Source: Salpingoeca rosetta (lineage: Eukaryota > Protista > Choanoflagellata). Taken from it: a DNA stretch of 64,000 nt. The stretch covers positions 559,837-623,836 of the forward strand of contig JAWQFM010000010.1 of the NCBI GenBank assembly GCA_033442325.1, read 5' to 3'. This document shows positions 30,395 through 55,658 of this stretch, piece by piece. The position numbers were made by a program, and so were the translations under genes. How positions within the stretch are numbered: position 1 is the stretch's first letter; the number at the start of each line of letters is the position of its first letter. Under the pieces are notes generated by a model that saw only the letters and a program-made list of their open reading frames with translations, did not search any database and was not told the origin of the DNA.

Positions 30395-33300
30395 TTTTGT
30401 GCGTGTGTGTGTGTGTGTGTGTGTGTGATTTTGTGCGTGTGTGTGTGTGTGTGTGTGATTTTGTGCGTGTGTACGTGTGTGTGTGATTTTGTGCGTGTGT
30501 ACGTGTGTGTGTGTGTGTGTTGGGCATGTGCAACGCAGCAAGGCGGCAGGCATAGCGAAGGCGCGTGTCAACAGATACATCGAACACACACATCATCACT
30601 GGCGCACCTTGGTGGTGATGCCGAGGGTTTCAAACGTGGACTTGAGCTGCTGCCGCTGCGAGGGAGAGAGCGAGAGCGCCGTCTGGATGGCGCCGGGCCG
30701 CAACAGCCCGCCAAGCACCGAACTCTGCACCAGGTACAAAGACGGTGGGGTGCGAATGGATTGACGTGTGCAGACAAAGGAAGCTATCGCGGCCGTTGTT
30801 TGCGACACAAAAAAAAAAAAAAAACACCAGGCACGCACATGCGCACACAAAATGCCCTCACAAACGCACTCAAACACACGCACACACGCACATGCGCGTA
30901 CACACACGCACGCACACACGTACCTGCAGCTGGCCCTTTGCGGCAAGGGTGTGTGCTGATGGCTGCGGGGTGGCTGTGCTGAGGGCGAGGGCCATCACGA
31001 GGATGGCACAGGCGCCGGGACCAGCAGCAGCGGCAGCCTTGCTCGCTGACGTTGGCGTCGCCTTGCGGCTGCACCCGCACACACACATACATGCACACAT
31101 ACATGCACACATGCATGTACACACACGCACATACACACGCACAGGTTGGCGTCAAGGGGGAGAGGTTATTGGGTGGTGGGTTGGAAGAGGGCAGGTTGAA
31201 GCGAGATGAGATGGTTGAAGAAAGCGAGAGACAGAGCGAGAGACAGAGCGAGAGACAGAGAGAGGGAGAGAGAGAGAGACAACAGCCCCATACGTTTCAC
31301 ACAACACGCATGCGCACACACACACATGCGCACGAGCGCGTACACACCCTGTTGACGACTTGGAGCGGAGCTGGCAGTTTTCGTGCTGGAGATCGGAGAC
31401 CTTGTACTGCAGCTGCTTAATCTGCGCAGCCATCTGCTCCTTCTCGCTCTCAAGCGTCGAGATGTACTCCTTCCGCCGCATGCGGCTGTGCTTCGCAGAC
31501 AGCTTGTTCTGCTCGTACATTAACGAGGAGGGGGAAGCAGTGGTGGGACAAGGCCACAAAGCAAGCGTTTGGGGATGGAAGAGTGAGGTGGTGTTGCTGA
31601 CATGAAGAGGAAGACAAAGGAGACAGACACACACACACAGACAAGACACAAACACAGAGACACACACACAGACAAGACACAAACACAGAGACACACACAG
31701 ACAAGACACAAACACAGACAGATAGACAGACACAGAGCAGCGTCCATCTGAGCATCTCAACAGAGCATAGCCACTCGACGGAGCTTGTGGCACATGCAGA
31801 GTACATACGCACACGCACACGCACGCACGCACCTTGATTTTCCGGCGGATGGCCTTGAGCTCCTTCAAACGCCCAGTGGACACATAGTCCAGCCTGCGTC
31901 ACAGCAAGCAAGCGCGAAACACACACACACATGTGTGTTTGAGCGCGTTCAAAACATGCAGGAACACACAAGAAAAAGATGCGATCGCTTTCCTCTTCCA
32001 ACACACACACACACATCCACACAAACACGCAGTCGAGACAAGATGGGCAAACGCACTTGTGCACGACAGCGCCCTCCTTCTCCATCAGCGCACGCTCCTC
32101 ATACGTCAGACTGTCAATAAACTAAAATCAGCCGTTGACAAGAAGCAGGGCAACAAGCGAGGGCGTGCATGTGCGTGTAAGTTGACTGGGCGCAACCATC
32201 CGTGTGTGTGTGTGTGTGTGTGTGTGCGCTGTAAGGGCAAGGTGATGAAAGCCAAGTTTGCCTGATCCCTCCTCTCCTCCTCGCCTCCTCCTCCAATGAT
32301 TCGTCTCGTTGTATACAGACAAACATGCTGACCTGTGCAACTGCGTCCTGCCTGACGGGCGTGGCGTCATGCGCAATGCGGCCCTTGTTGCCTCTCCTCG
32401 CAGCCATCGCCTTCATCCCATTCATATGGTGTGCACTGCCATGTGCACCTGCCTGACCGCTTGTCGTGGTGTCCACTGCAGCCGCTGCTGAGGAGACGGG
32501 TGGTGCTGGTGTTGTGAGTGAGACGGGTGGCGCCTTCCCTGCTGCGGGGCTGTGGGCCGTCGGTGGGGAGATGGACGCCGAGCTTGCACTAGAGTCGTTA
32601 CTCCCATTCGTCGCGTGCCCGTTCCCATTGCTGCAGCTGTTGTAGCTGTTGTTGCTACTGCTGCTGCTGCTGCTACTGTCGTTGTCCACAACGTACCGCA
32701 GGCTACCGGAGGGTGGTGGCGGCATTGAAGATGCACACGCAGCCGATGCCATACCCGTGCCCGTGGTGCACTGCTCGCACGTGCAGCGGGCACCACCCGT
32801 GTTGTCCATGCTGTACTCATTGGTGTTGGTGTTGGCGTGATGGGACGTGTGGGCCCACCCGGCTGCTGGTGTGTGCGCGTGTGTTGATGTCGGGTGATGA
32901 TGATAGGAGCCATGACTGGTTGTCAGCGGCAGCTGTACGGGCGCAAGCGATGACTGATGCGCTGCTGGTGTGCCGGCTGGCTGTGTTGCGTTGTGCTTCC
33001 ACTTGGCGCCCGCACTTGCACCTTGCCCACGCTTCTTGCTCCCTTTACCACCACTGCGCTTGCGACCGCCACCGCTTGCCCTTCCTCGCCCTTTCTTCTG
33101 CTTCTTCGACGCACCACCATGACCACTGCTGCTGCCGCTGCTGCTGCTGCTGGCGGTAGTGGTGTGCCTGCCGTTGGCGCCACCAGCCACTGTTGGTTTT
33201 CCTGGGCCAGACGGTAGTGGCTGCGCAGAGTACACGCTCCCTGCTGGCGCAACGAGCATGCCACTGCCATTCTCGCCGTCCACGCTCTGTTGCTGGTGCG

Positions 33301-33715
33301 GGTGCTGGTGGTGGTGCGACGGTGCGTCTGGTATTGCGCCTGCTGTGAGCAATCGCCGCGGCGATGCCGTGCAATGGTGCGGGCTCGATTCAGGAAACAT
33401 GGGCGACACCGGTGTGCTGCCTAGTGGCTGATTGAGGTCTTGCAGTTCCCCCCACAAGAAGTCGTCCGTTGCATCGCCCTCGCCAAAGCTGACGTCCCAT
33501 GCCCCGGCATTGGTTGCCAGTGCCGCGGAGGTGGCTGGTGTCGGCGCCATCGTTGCTGCTGTTGTTGTGGGCGCTGACGTGGCGGCGGTGGACGTGGCGG
33601 AGCCATGCATATCCATGGTCTTGGACCGCTTCGGTACGGGCATCAGTTCAAACAGATCGCCGTGCATGGATGTCGGGCTGTGCAAGCGACTGCCCATGTG
33701 CCCGCTGCCAGTCAT
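29504..33715 (-). CDS. CREB3/OASIS-family bZIP transcription factor with a putative post-zipper transmembrane segment
   Basis: Spliced FIDSLTYEERALMEKEGAVVHK|LDYVSTGRLKELKAIRRKIK|..NKLSAKHSRMRRKEYISTLESEKEQMAAQIKQLQYKVSDLQHENCQL gives the adjacent-to-bZIP motif, basic region and zipper typical of CREB3. The first exon is large and disordered with an acidic DDFLWGEL motif. Start codon uncertain. Confidence 0.8.
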
Positions 33716-33780
33716 GTCCAATGGCTGGAACGAGTGCCTAGTGTGCAAAGCAAGCGAAGCATCGTGGCGTGCGCGCAGTT

Positions 33781-33840
33781 GAGGTGAGGTGGAGTGAGGT
33801 GAGGTGAGGTGAGGTGAGGTGAGGTGAGGTGAGGTGGAGG
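33781..33840. repeat. (GAGGT)n pentanucleotide upstream of the bZIP ATG
   Basis: Directly visible. Confidence 0.9.
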
Positions 33841-34342
33841 TGGTAGGATGGGCGAAACAGGGGCGTGATTCACACTTGCTGCAAATGAAACAACTGCGCG
33901 AGCGTGGTCGTGTCGCTTGCTTGCACGTCAAAAACAAACAATGCAAGGGATGCGTGCCTCTCCCACCCTGTTCTGCGCGTGTGCTTACCCCTGATGGATG
34001 GTTAGGGCAACAGCCAAGAGGGTGGTGCAGCCCCAGGGCGTGGTGTTCAACGCGGTCAAAGGGTGGGTCCCAAGCGAAACGTGGACAATAGCAAGCAAAA
34101 AACACCACACGCCAATACAGGCATCATACATCAGTGAGAAACGCCTTCTACGAGTGAGCAAAGCACACATACATAAGGACGGCAACATGTACGCACATGC
34201 AAGCATCAGCAACATGCACGTGGAGAGCAACGAGGACATCGCACCGGTGCAAAGCCCTTTGTGTCGTCCAGTGGAGAGAGATCATTGCCATTGTCCTGTC
34301 GTCGAAAGGAAGACGGCGCAGGTACACAACAGATGAAGAGAG

Positions 34343-34385
<43 letters not shown>

Positions 34386-34865
34386 GGGATGAGTTGAGGA
34401 CATCAAAGGCTCGCATTGCAGTCAGTGATATCAAGCAGAATAAGCGCTGTGTGTCATTGCACCACGCAAGGAACGGGCAGAGTTGAACAAAAGTGTTGCG
34501 CATCGCACTCACCACCGTGGAAAAGAGGTCGAGGTTTGGGTGCGTGGTTGGGATGGAGTCGCTCATAGCGACAGGTCCACGCGACTGCTGTCAGGGCAAG
34601 CAGGGAACGTTGGCCAATGCCAGTGGTTGGCGGTCAGTGATCAATCAAAGAAGGACCATGCTGTTGGCGAACAAAGGGTTTGATGTGATGGAACAGTGAT
34701 GGAGGGCGGGGTATGTGTCACAGTTGATCGTGTATAGCTCATACCGCGTGTCGTGTGCGGCGAGCCTCTGTCGCTCCCTCAACGTGTATCCCGTGCGACA
34801 ACGAAGCGACCACCAACCACAATCAAACACCACACCACACTGCCACATACACACAAGGCAGTGAA

Positions 34866-34898
<33 letters not shown>

Positions 34899-35359
34899 GA
34901 GTTGTGGTTGGCGGAACAGAAATGCGCGTGCGTCTGCTTTGCTTCGCATGCGGACTGAGATGTTTCTTGGAAATCATTAGTCAAACATCGGCGCTGTGTG
35001 TGTGCGTGTGTGTGTGTGAAGTGCGTGTGGTGTGTGAATTGTGTGAGCAGTGGGCTCTGACCTTCTTGTTGTGCAGTGGCTCTTGTCTTGTTGTCGTTGT
35101 CCCCCATCTCCTTGTCTCCCCCCCCCTTTCCCTTCTTTCCTGTCCCCTGTTCTCTCCCCTTCATGTCTCCATGCTGCTGTTCACTCACGGCGACGCGCCG
35201 TCACAATGCCATACCATGCACAACAACACCAAACCAAGCCTAAGCTCAACAACGACCACGAACGACAAGTGCATGAACACACAACACAACGCACAAAACA
35301 AGCACACAACAACACACACCACACACTACGGTACACAGCGAAACAACAGGCAGCAAACA

Positions 35360-47712
<12,353 letters not shown>

Positions 47713-48060
47713 CTTGCGACATGACAAAGTGCAGCTGCGATTGCGGTTGTTGACGATTGGGGACGCTGTCAACGAAATTTCCCTTTCGCCCAGATTTTGC
47801 CTCTGTCCACTCATCCAATACCAACAAGCAACTGCCAGCACAGCAGCCACCACCCCAAGACAACAGCCAGCCAGCGCTATTCGCTCAAAGTCTGCTTGTT
47901 GTCGCCAACACAGCATTCGATTGGACGCTGCACCACTCTATCTTTGGACGAGGCACTGCACAGCCAGTTCTTGAGTGGCTTGTAGTTGTTTAAGCTTCCT
48001 TTTCCTTTCCATCCCGTTCATTCATCACTCCACCTCATCCACTGAAACACCAACACAACC
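47713..48060. promoter_or_regulatory. Putative bidirectional promoter for ASH1L/COPB2
   Basis: 348 bp between divergent start codons, free of long microsatellites. Confidence 0.5.
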
Positions 48061-49266
48061 ATGGTGAGGAGTAAAGGATGGTTGGACTTGTGTGAGAGTG
48101 CGTTTGTGTTTGAGTCTGTACATGTGTGTGTGTGTGTGCTTGTGTGTCTGTCTGTCTGTCTGTCTGTCTGTCTCCGTGTGTGTCTGTGACTCTGTACGCT
48201 TATCATGTTCATGCATTTGACCCGACATGCAAGTGCACGAGCACACAAATCTCGCCTTGTTTCGCTCACGAATTGTTGGTGTTTGGTTTGTGGCAGCCGC
48301 TTCGATTGGACATCAAGCAGCAGCTCAACGCTCGCAGCGACCGAGTGAAATGCGTGGACATGCACCCCAGCGAGCCCTGGATGCTTGCCGCCCTTTACAG
48401 CGGTGAGCTTTCACCCACGCGTGCATTCCTCCCCCCCCCCCTTTTTTTGCAGCTTTTGCTTTATCAGCTTGCGGCATGTGCAATGACAAGCATGTCGTGC
48501 ACCGCCCCACCCCTACCGTGCACCGCACTTTGCCAACACCCCACGCACCACATGCGCAACACACACTCCACACACACACACACACACACACCAGTACTGA
48601 CGCACGCATGCACATTCAACCAACCCTCTCGCGCAGGTGTGGTGAACATCTGGAACTACGAGTCCAACACCATGATCAAGACGTTTGAAGTGTCTGATGT
48701 GCCGGTGCGCGCCGCGCGGTTCATTGAGCGCAAGAACTGGATTGTCACGGGCTCGGACGACATGAAGATCCGCGTGTTCAACTACAACACGCTGGACAAG
48801 GTGCACACGTTTGAGGCGCACACGGACTACATCCGCTGCCTCGCAGTGCACCCGAGCCAGCCGTACGTGCTGAGCTGCAGCGATGACATGACCATCCGCA
48901 TGTGGGACTGGGAGCAAGACTGGATGTGCCGCCAGGTGTTTGAGGGCCACAGCCACTACGTCATGGACGTCGTCTTCAACCCAAAGGACGTCAACACCTT
49001 TGCCTCATGCTCCTTGGACCGCACCATCAAGGTCTGTGTGTGTGTGTGTGTGAAGGCGTTTTCCTGGGTTGAAGAATTGACGTGAATCCGTGCCATCTTC
49101 CCTGTCAAGTCACACTTTTCGGCTGTGTGCGTGCTGTGGTTCCTGATGATGGTGACAGGTGTGGCAGCTCGGCGCATCCAGCCCCAACTTTACGCTCCAA
49201 GGCCACGAGAAGGGCGTCAACTGTGTCTCCTATTTCTCGGTACGACTGGCACGCTGCTGCCTTCGT

Positions 49267-49327
<61 letters not shown>

Positions 49328-49559
49328 CATGTACGCTGGAGCTTGCGTTCAAGCCGTCCCCCATCCATCCACCCGACCGTCTGCTCACCAACCAACCACC
49401 ATGCATTTGGTCCATGTGTTCATGCGTGCGCGTACGCCACCTCAGGGCGGTGACAAGCCGTATCTCGTCTCGGGCGCCGACGACCGCCTCGTCAAGATCT
49501 GGGACTACCAGAGCAAGGCCTGCGTTCAGGTCTGCCCCAGTCACTTCTCTTTTCTTCCG

Positions 49560-49639
<80 letters not shown>

Positions 49640-50286
49640 GCTGTTGTTGTTGCTGTGTTGGGAGTTGTTGTGTTGGGAGTTGTTTTGATTGTGCTTTCCC
49701 CTCTCGCTGTGTGTTTGTGATTAGTTGGAGTGATACTGTCGTACCCCTTCACACTTCCTCACACTCACGCATAATCACACGCACGATCACGCACGATCAC
49801 GCACGATCACACACGATCACATGATCACGCAGACACTTGAGGGCCATACGCAGAATGTGTGTGCTGTTGTGTTCCACCCTGAGCTGCCCATCATTCTCAG
49901 TGGATCCGAGGACGGCACCGTCCGCGTCTGGCACGCAAACACATACAAGTGCGCGCCCACGCACGCACATTCACACGAACACATGCACACACTGTCTCTT
50001 TGATTTACTGTGCTGGTGGCTGTTTGATTTGGAGTGCTTGTACATGCTGTGACACGTGTACGTGCATCAAGCATATGCTCACATGTCCCGCCCATGGTGG
50101 TGCTGTGTTGCTGCAGCCTGGAGAGCAAGCTCGCATACAACATGGAGCGCGTGTGGTCGATGGCCACGCTGCCCGGCAGCAACAGTGTCGCCATCGGCTA
50201 CGACGAGGGCTGCATCATGATCAAGGTGCTCACACCAGCCCATCACGCGTGCTCGTGTGTATGTGTGTGAGTGTGTGGGTGGGTGG

Positions 50287-50325
<39 letters not shown>

Positions 50326-51440
50326 CGTGGGTGTGGGTGGGTGGTTGCACACGCGCACATGTTTCGTCCCATGTGCATGTACGTGCGTGTTTACGCTTTC
50401 CATTGTTCGGCACTGCATTTGTCTCACAACGCATTTGTTGTTGTTGTTGTTGTGTTTGCGTTACGCTCGTCAGCTTGGGCGGGAGCGTCCTGCGATGAGC
50501 ATGGACAGCAACGGAAAGGTTGTTATGGCCAGACACAACGACGTCCAGCAGGCAATCGTCACAAAGGTCAGACACCCGTCCGTACTCGTGCGTGTGTCTG
50601 TCTGTCTGTTTGTTTGTTTGTTTGTATGTATGTATGTCTGTCTGTGTGCGCGTGTCTGTGTCTGTGTCTGTTTCTTTATCTGTCTGCTCCCTGTGAGAGC
50701 GGCGGCAGTGACGAATGCATTGCCCTAACTCGGCCACCACCACCACCACCACTCGTGTGCAGGTTGAGGGCGAGCTGGTGGACGGCGAGGCGATGCAGCT
50801 GTCCACAAAAGATCTCGGCGCATGCGAAATCTACCCACAGTCCATGCAGCACAACCCCAACGGCCGGTACGCACGCACAACGCCTGTGTGTCTGTGTGTC
50901 TGTGTGTCTGTACATACGCATGTGTCTGTGGGTGACGTTCTCTTCAAGTGCGTTGCTAATTTCGCGGCAAGACATTTCAGCTGACATTGATTGATTGCAT
51001 CTTGCTGTGCAGGTTTGTCGTTGTGTGCGGCGACGGGGAGTACATCATCCACACTGCCCTCAGCTTCCGCAACAAGGCATTTGGCCAGGCCCTCGACTTT
51101 GTCTGGTCCGCCGACTCGTCAGAATACGCCGTGAGTTGCCCACACCCGCTGCTTTTGCTTGAGAAGAAGGGGGGCTGTAAGCATACGTGCCTGTGCATAT
51201 GTGTCTGCGTGAGATTGCACGCGTGCCTACCCCTGCCAATTTCCCTGTCGACTTGGTTGTGGCCTTCCCCATCCCCTGCCTGCTCAGTTCTCCTCCCTCT
51301 TTCCTCACTGCCCCATCGCGCTTTGCTTGCTTTGCATATACAGGTGCGAGAGTCGTCCACGGCCATCAAGACCTTCAAGAACTTCAAGGAAAAGCACGCC
51401 ATCCGTCCAGACTTTTACGCCGAAGGTCAGCCCGTGACGG

Positions 51441-51513
<73 letters not shown>

Positions 51514-53129
51514 GTTCTTGTGGCTTGACAATGACGTGCGATTGTGCCGCATGCAGCCGTGCACCTCATTTACTTGCATGCATGCATGTATGCACGCTCG
51601 TGCTTACGCTGCACTGTTGTCCTCTGCACATGTGTGTATGCGTGTTCGTGGTTCAGGCATCTTTGGCGGTGTTCTGCTCGGCGTGAAGGGCGCCGGTACG
51701 CTCTCCTTCTTCAACTGGGACTCCCAAGAGCTCGTGCGCCGCATCGACATCGCCTGCCAGGTTCGCATGTGTGTGGGTGTGGGTGTGCGTGTGCGTGTGT
51801 GCGTGTGTGTGTGTGTGACTGTCAGCGTGCCTCTTCATGTGTGGATATGCGTCTGTCTATGTTGGCCCTTGCACCGATGCCATGCTGCTCATCTATTGAT
51901 CCACTCTCTTTTTCCTTACGATCCCGCGTCCCCTTCCCTCAATAGGATGTGTTCTGGTCTGACGACGCGGAGTACGTGCTTGTGTCGACTGCTGAGGAGG
52001 GCTGCTTTGTGCTCAAGTACAACAGCAGCGCCGTCACTGCCGCTGTCGCCGCCGGTGAACCCATCCCCGACGACGGCATCGAGGACGCTTTCGAGGTCTG
52101 CACATGGCTCTTTGTCTGTGTCTGTGTCTGTGTCTGTCTGTCTGCTCGTGGTGCCCATGCGCGACCCACGTCTTCTCCTCCACCGCCACCTCATCCTCGC
52201 TGCGGTGGACTGCAGGTTGTTGATGAGCTTGATGACGATGTGAAGACGGGCACATGGGTCGGCAGCTGCTTCATCTACACCAACCAGGGCAACCGCCTCA
52301 ACTACTACGTCGGCGGCGAGATCGTCACCGTCGCCCACCTCGACAGGTGTGAACGTGTGTGTCTGTGTGTGTGTGTGTGTCTGTGTGTGTGTCTGTGTGT
52401 GTGTCGTGGTTGTCAGATCACTTCGCATCACTTTTCATTGTGCCGCGTCGTGGCTGTTATATCTTGTCCGATTGCCCTCTTTGAGCGTCGCGCGTGAATT
52501 TGCTCCCTTGACGTCCCCCCCCCCCCATCCACCTTTCGTGCATCTCGTTGTACGAGTCACACGCATTTGCTCATCGACTCACCGACCACGCACCTCTCCC
52601 GACAACCCGTTGCCTCCCATCTCCACGTCTCGAACTGCCTGCGCTGCTGCAGGGCGATGTATGTGCTCGGGTACCTTGCGTCGACGGGGCGCGTGTACCT
52701 CGGCGACAAGGAGCTGAACATTGTGTCGTACAACCTGCCGCTCGCTGTGCTGGAGTACCAGACGGCGGTGATGCAGGGCGACCTCGACACTGCGGATGAG
52801 GTCATGCCGTCCATCCCGGCAGACCAGCGCAACCGCGTCGCACACTTTCTCGAGAAGCAGGGGTACAAGCAGCAGGCGCTGGTGGTGTCGATGGACCCAG
52901 ACCACCGCTTTGAGCTCGCCCTCAGCCTGCACAAGCTCCTGGTTGCCCGCGACATTGCACAGGAGCTGGCGTCCCCGCAGAAATGGAAGCTCCTCGCAGA
53001 GGTTAGACCATGACACCCAATAATGGTGTGGTGGTGTTGGGTCGTGGTGGTTCATGTTGGTGGTGTGAAGCTGCTTCGTGTTGGCTTGGTGTGCTCACGC
53101 ACACTCACACAAACATTTATGCACGCATT

Positions 53130-53164
<35 letters not shown>

Positions 53165-53618
53165 GCTCACGAACACTACACACTCCCGCATGCACTTGAA
53201 CGCGAATGCTTGCCATTGACTTGGCACAGGCTGCCATGAAGAAGAGCATGTTTGACCTTGCGGAGGAGTGCCTTGCGCACGCCAACGACTTTAGCGGGCA
53301 GCTGCTGCTGTACACTGCGTCTGGCAAAGCGGACAAGATGGCCACCCTCGCCGACGATGCCGCGCGCGCCGGCCGCAACAACATTGCCTTTGTGTCGCTG
53401 TTCCTGCAGGGCCGCCTGAAGGAGTGCGTTGACCTGCTTGTCGAGAGCGACCGCGTGTCGGAGGCGGCGCTGTTTGCCCGCTCGTATCTCCCCAGCATGG
53501 TCCCAGAGGTCGTCGCAAAGTGGAAGGCCTCTCTTGAGGAGGTGCGTTGGCGCAGCCAGCGGTTTGTGTCTGTCTGCGCATGTGTGTGTGTGTGTGTCTG
53601 TGTCTGTGTGTGTGTGCC

Positions 53619-53657
<39 letters not shown>

Positions 53658-54975
53658 GTGTGGTTGTGTCGTGTGTCGTATGTGTGCGGTGTCCTGTGAG
53701 TCTGCCTGTCCTCGCTCGATTGCCCGTCATTCCAACACAACAATCACTCGCTTGTGCTCGTGCGCTCACGTTCTCGCCCTCTCCCCGTTCCTCGTCCTTT
53801 GCCTTTCATCAGAAGCGGCCCAAGCTTGCGCAGTCGCTGGCGGACCCGACTGAGTACGCCAACCTCTTCCCCGACTTCGAGGACACGCTTGCTCTCGAGG
53901 AGAAGCTCAAGTCAGTGCACTGTTGTGGTTGCAGCCCTTGCGCTCGTGATGTCGTGGACTGGAGTCACTGTTTGGTGGACTGTGCGAAGCATGATGAGAA
54001 CAGTGGCGAATGATGCGTGTGCATCAACTTGCATCTGGCCGTATTCCCAATCCACCACGCTCACTCACTGAACACACACGTACGCGCACACGCAAATATG
54101 CACACATGCACCTGTGCTCAGGGCGATGAATGTGCACAACCAGCCGGCCAAGTCTGCTGCTGCACACCTTGCCGCGCGTGCTTCTGCTCCGCTCAAGGAG
54201 CGTCTCGCTTCCACACAGCCATCCGGTGAGCAGGCATTATCGTGCATGTGTACGCTGGTCTTGTTTTGTGTGTGTGTGCGTGTGTGTGTGTGTGTGCGTG
54301 TGTCCACCTGTGTGTGTGTGTGTGTGTGCGTGTGTCCACCTGTGTGTGTGTGTGTGTGCGTGTGTCCACCTGTGTGTGTGTGTGTGCGTGTGTCCACCTG
54401 TGTGTGTGTGTGTGTGCGTGTGTGTGTGCACCTGTGTGTGTGTGCACCTGTGTGTGCATGCACGTGTGTACGTCTTGTTTGTCTGTGTGCGGCTCCTTCC
54501 ACCTTTCCACGCCCTCTGTCCATGCTATTGGGCCGTGCACGCACGTTCCGCACAGCTCACACCCTTCCCTCCCCCGCCCCCCAAACAACAACAAAAACCT
54601 GTGTCGACCTCAGCCACAGGGTCAACCTCTGAGCCGCCAGCCGACAAGACCACGGCGGCGCCACCCGCGACCGTGGTGGCTGACGAGGGCGAGCCGGATG
54701 AGGCATCAGAGCCCGAGATGGGCGAGGAGGACGAACAACAAGAGCAAGAGGAGCAAGAGGAGCAGAAAGAGGAGCAAGAAGAGGAGGAGATGACGGCGCC
54801 CGAGGTTACACAGGAGGCAGCAGCGCCGGCGGTGGAGGAGAAACAGGCAGCGGAGGAGGAAGAGAGCAAACCGCCCGCCACAGCCGCAAATGATGATGAT
54901 GACGATGACGACTTTGATCTTGACGACGACGATCTTGATCTTGGTGATGTCGACCCAAGCCTCGCAGACGACCTG
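48061..54975 (+). CDS. COPB2: Coatomer subunit beta' (WD40 repeats plus solenoid); final exon and stop unresolved near the gap at 55095-55194
   Basis: ATG|intron|[36 protein letters not shown]; [22 protein letters not shown]; FEGHSHYVM; [13 protein letters not shown]; [13 protein letters not shown]; [10 protein letters not shown]; [15 protein letters not shown]; acidic tail. Confidence 0.97.
49559..49655. repeat. (TTG)n trinucleotide in a COPB2 intron
   Basis: Directly visible. Confidence 0.95.
51441..51512. repeat. (GAT)n trinucleotide in a COPB2 intron
   Basis: Directly visible. Confidence 0.95.
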
Positions 54976-55042
54976 GTAAGCAGTGTGTTGGGGGGATGGT
55001 GTGCATGGGTGAGGGTGGGGGTGTTGGTTGTGTGTGTGTGTG

Positions 55043-55089
<47 letters not shown>

Positions 55090-55094
55090 AATGT

Positions 55095-55194
55095 NNNNNN
55101 NNNNNNNNNNNNNNNNNNNNNNNNNNNNNNNNNNNNNNNNNNNNNNNNNNNNNNNNNNNNNNNNNNNNNNNNNNNNNNNNNNNNNNNNNNNNNN
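55095..55194. other. Assembly gap (100 N)
   Basis: N run after the last visible COPB2 exon. Confidence 1.
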
Positions 55195-55407
55195 ATTCGT
55201 CATAGGACGGCGTGTGGCTCATCGCTCATCCTCTCGTTTGTGGTCAGTGCACATTGCTGAATGATGACGAGTGGTGCAGTGAGCAACGCGCGTCAGACAT
55301 CACACATGTCACATCCACGTATACAATATACAAGCGATGTCTTCGACAGCGCACAGCTTCCACATGTGTCATGTGTTTCCCCTTCCTTTCTTCTCTGCTT
55401 GTTTGTC

Positions 55408-55442
<35 letters not shown>

Positions 55443-55658
55443 GTGTTGTCGCAACAGTCGTTTGCCTGATCCAAGTGCAACAAGTGCAAGAAGAAACAGT
55501 ACACCCAAGCAAGCAAGCAACAAGCAAGGCACCCATATCCTGTGATGATTATTGTGTGCAAATTGGGTAAAATATGGGCATTTGCACACAATTGCCACAC
55601 ACACGAGGAGATACATACATACTTTGCAGACCACGCACAACTTCCTTCAGACAGCACG

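Noticed and set aside
34240-35350. Non-repetitive intergenic stretch as a hidden gene or ncRNA
   Set aside because: Only short ORFs without recognisable motifs or consistent splice phases; most likely the bZIP promoter and ASH1L 3' UTR.
55195-55470. Sequence after the gap as the COPB2 terminal exon (DGVWLIAHPL...)
   Set aside because: It does not resemble the acidic COPB2 end and runs into a GT repeat; the true last exon may lie in the gap.
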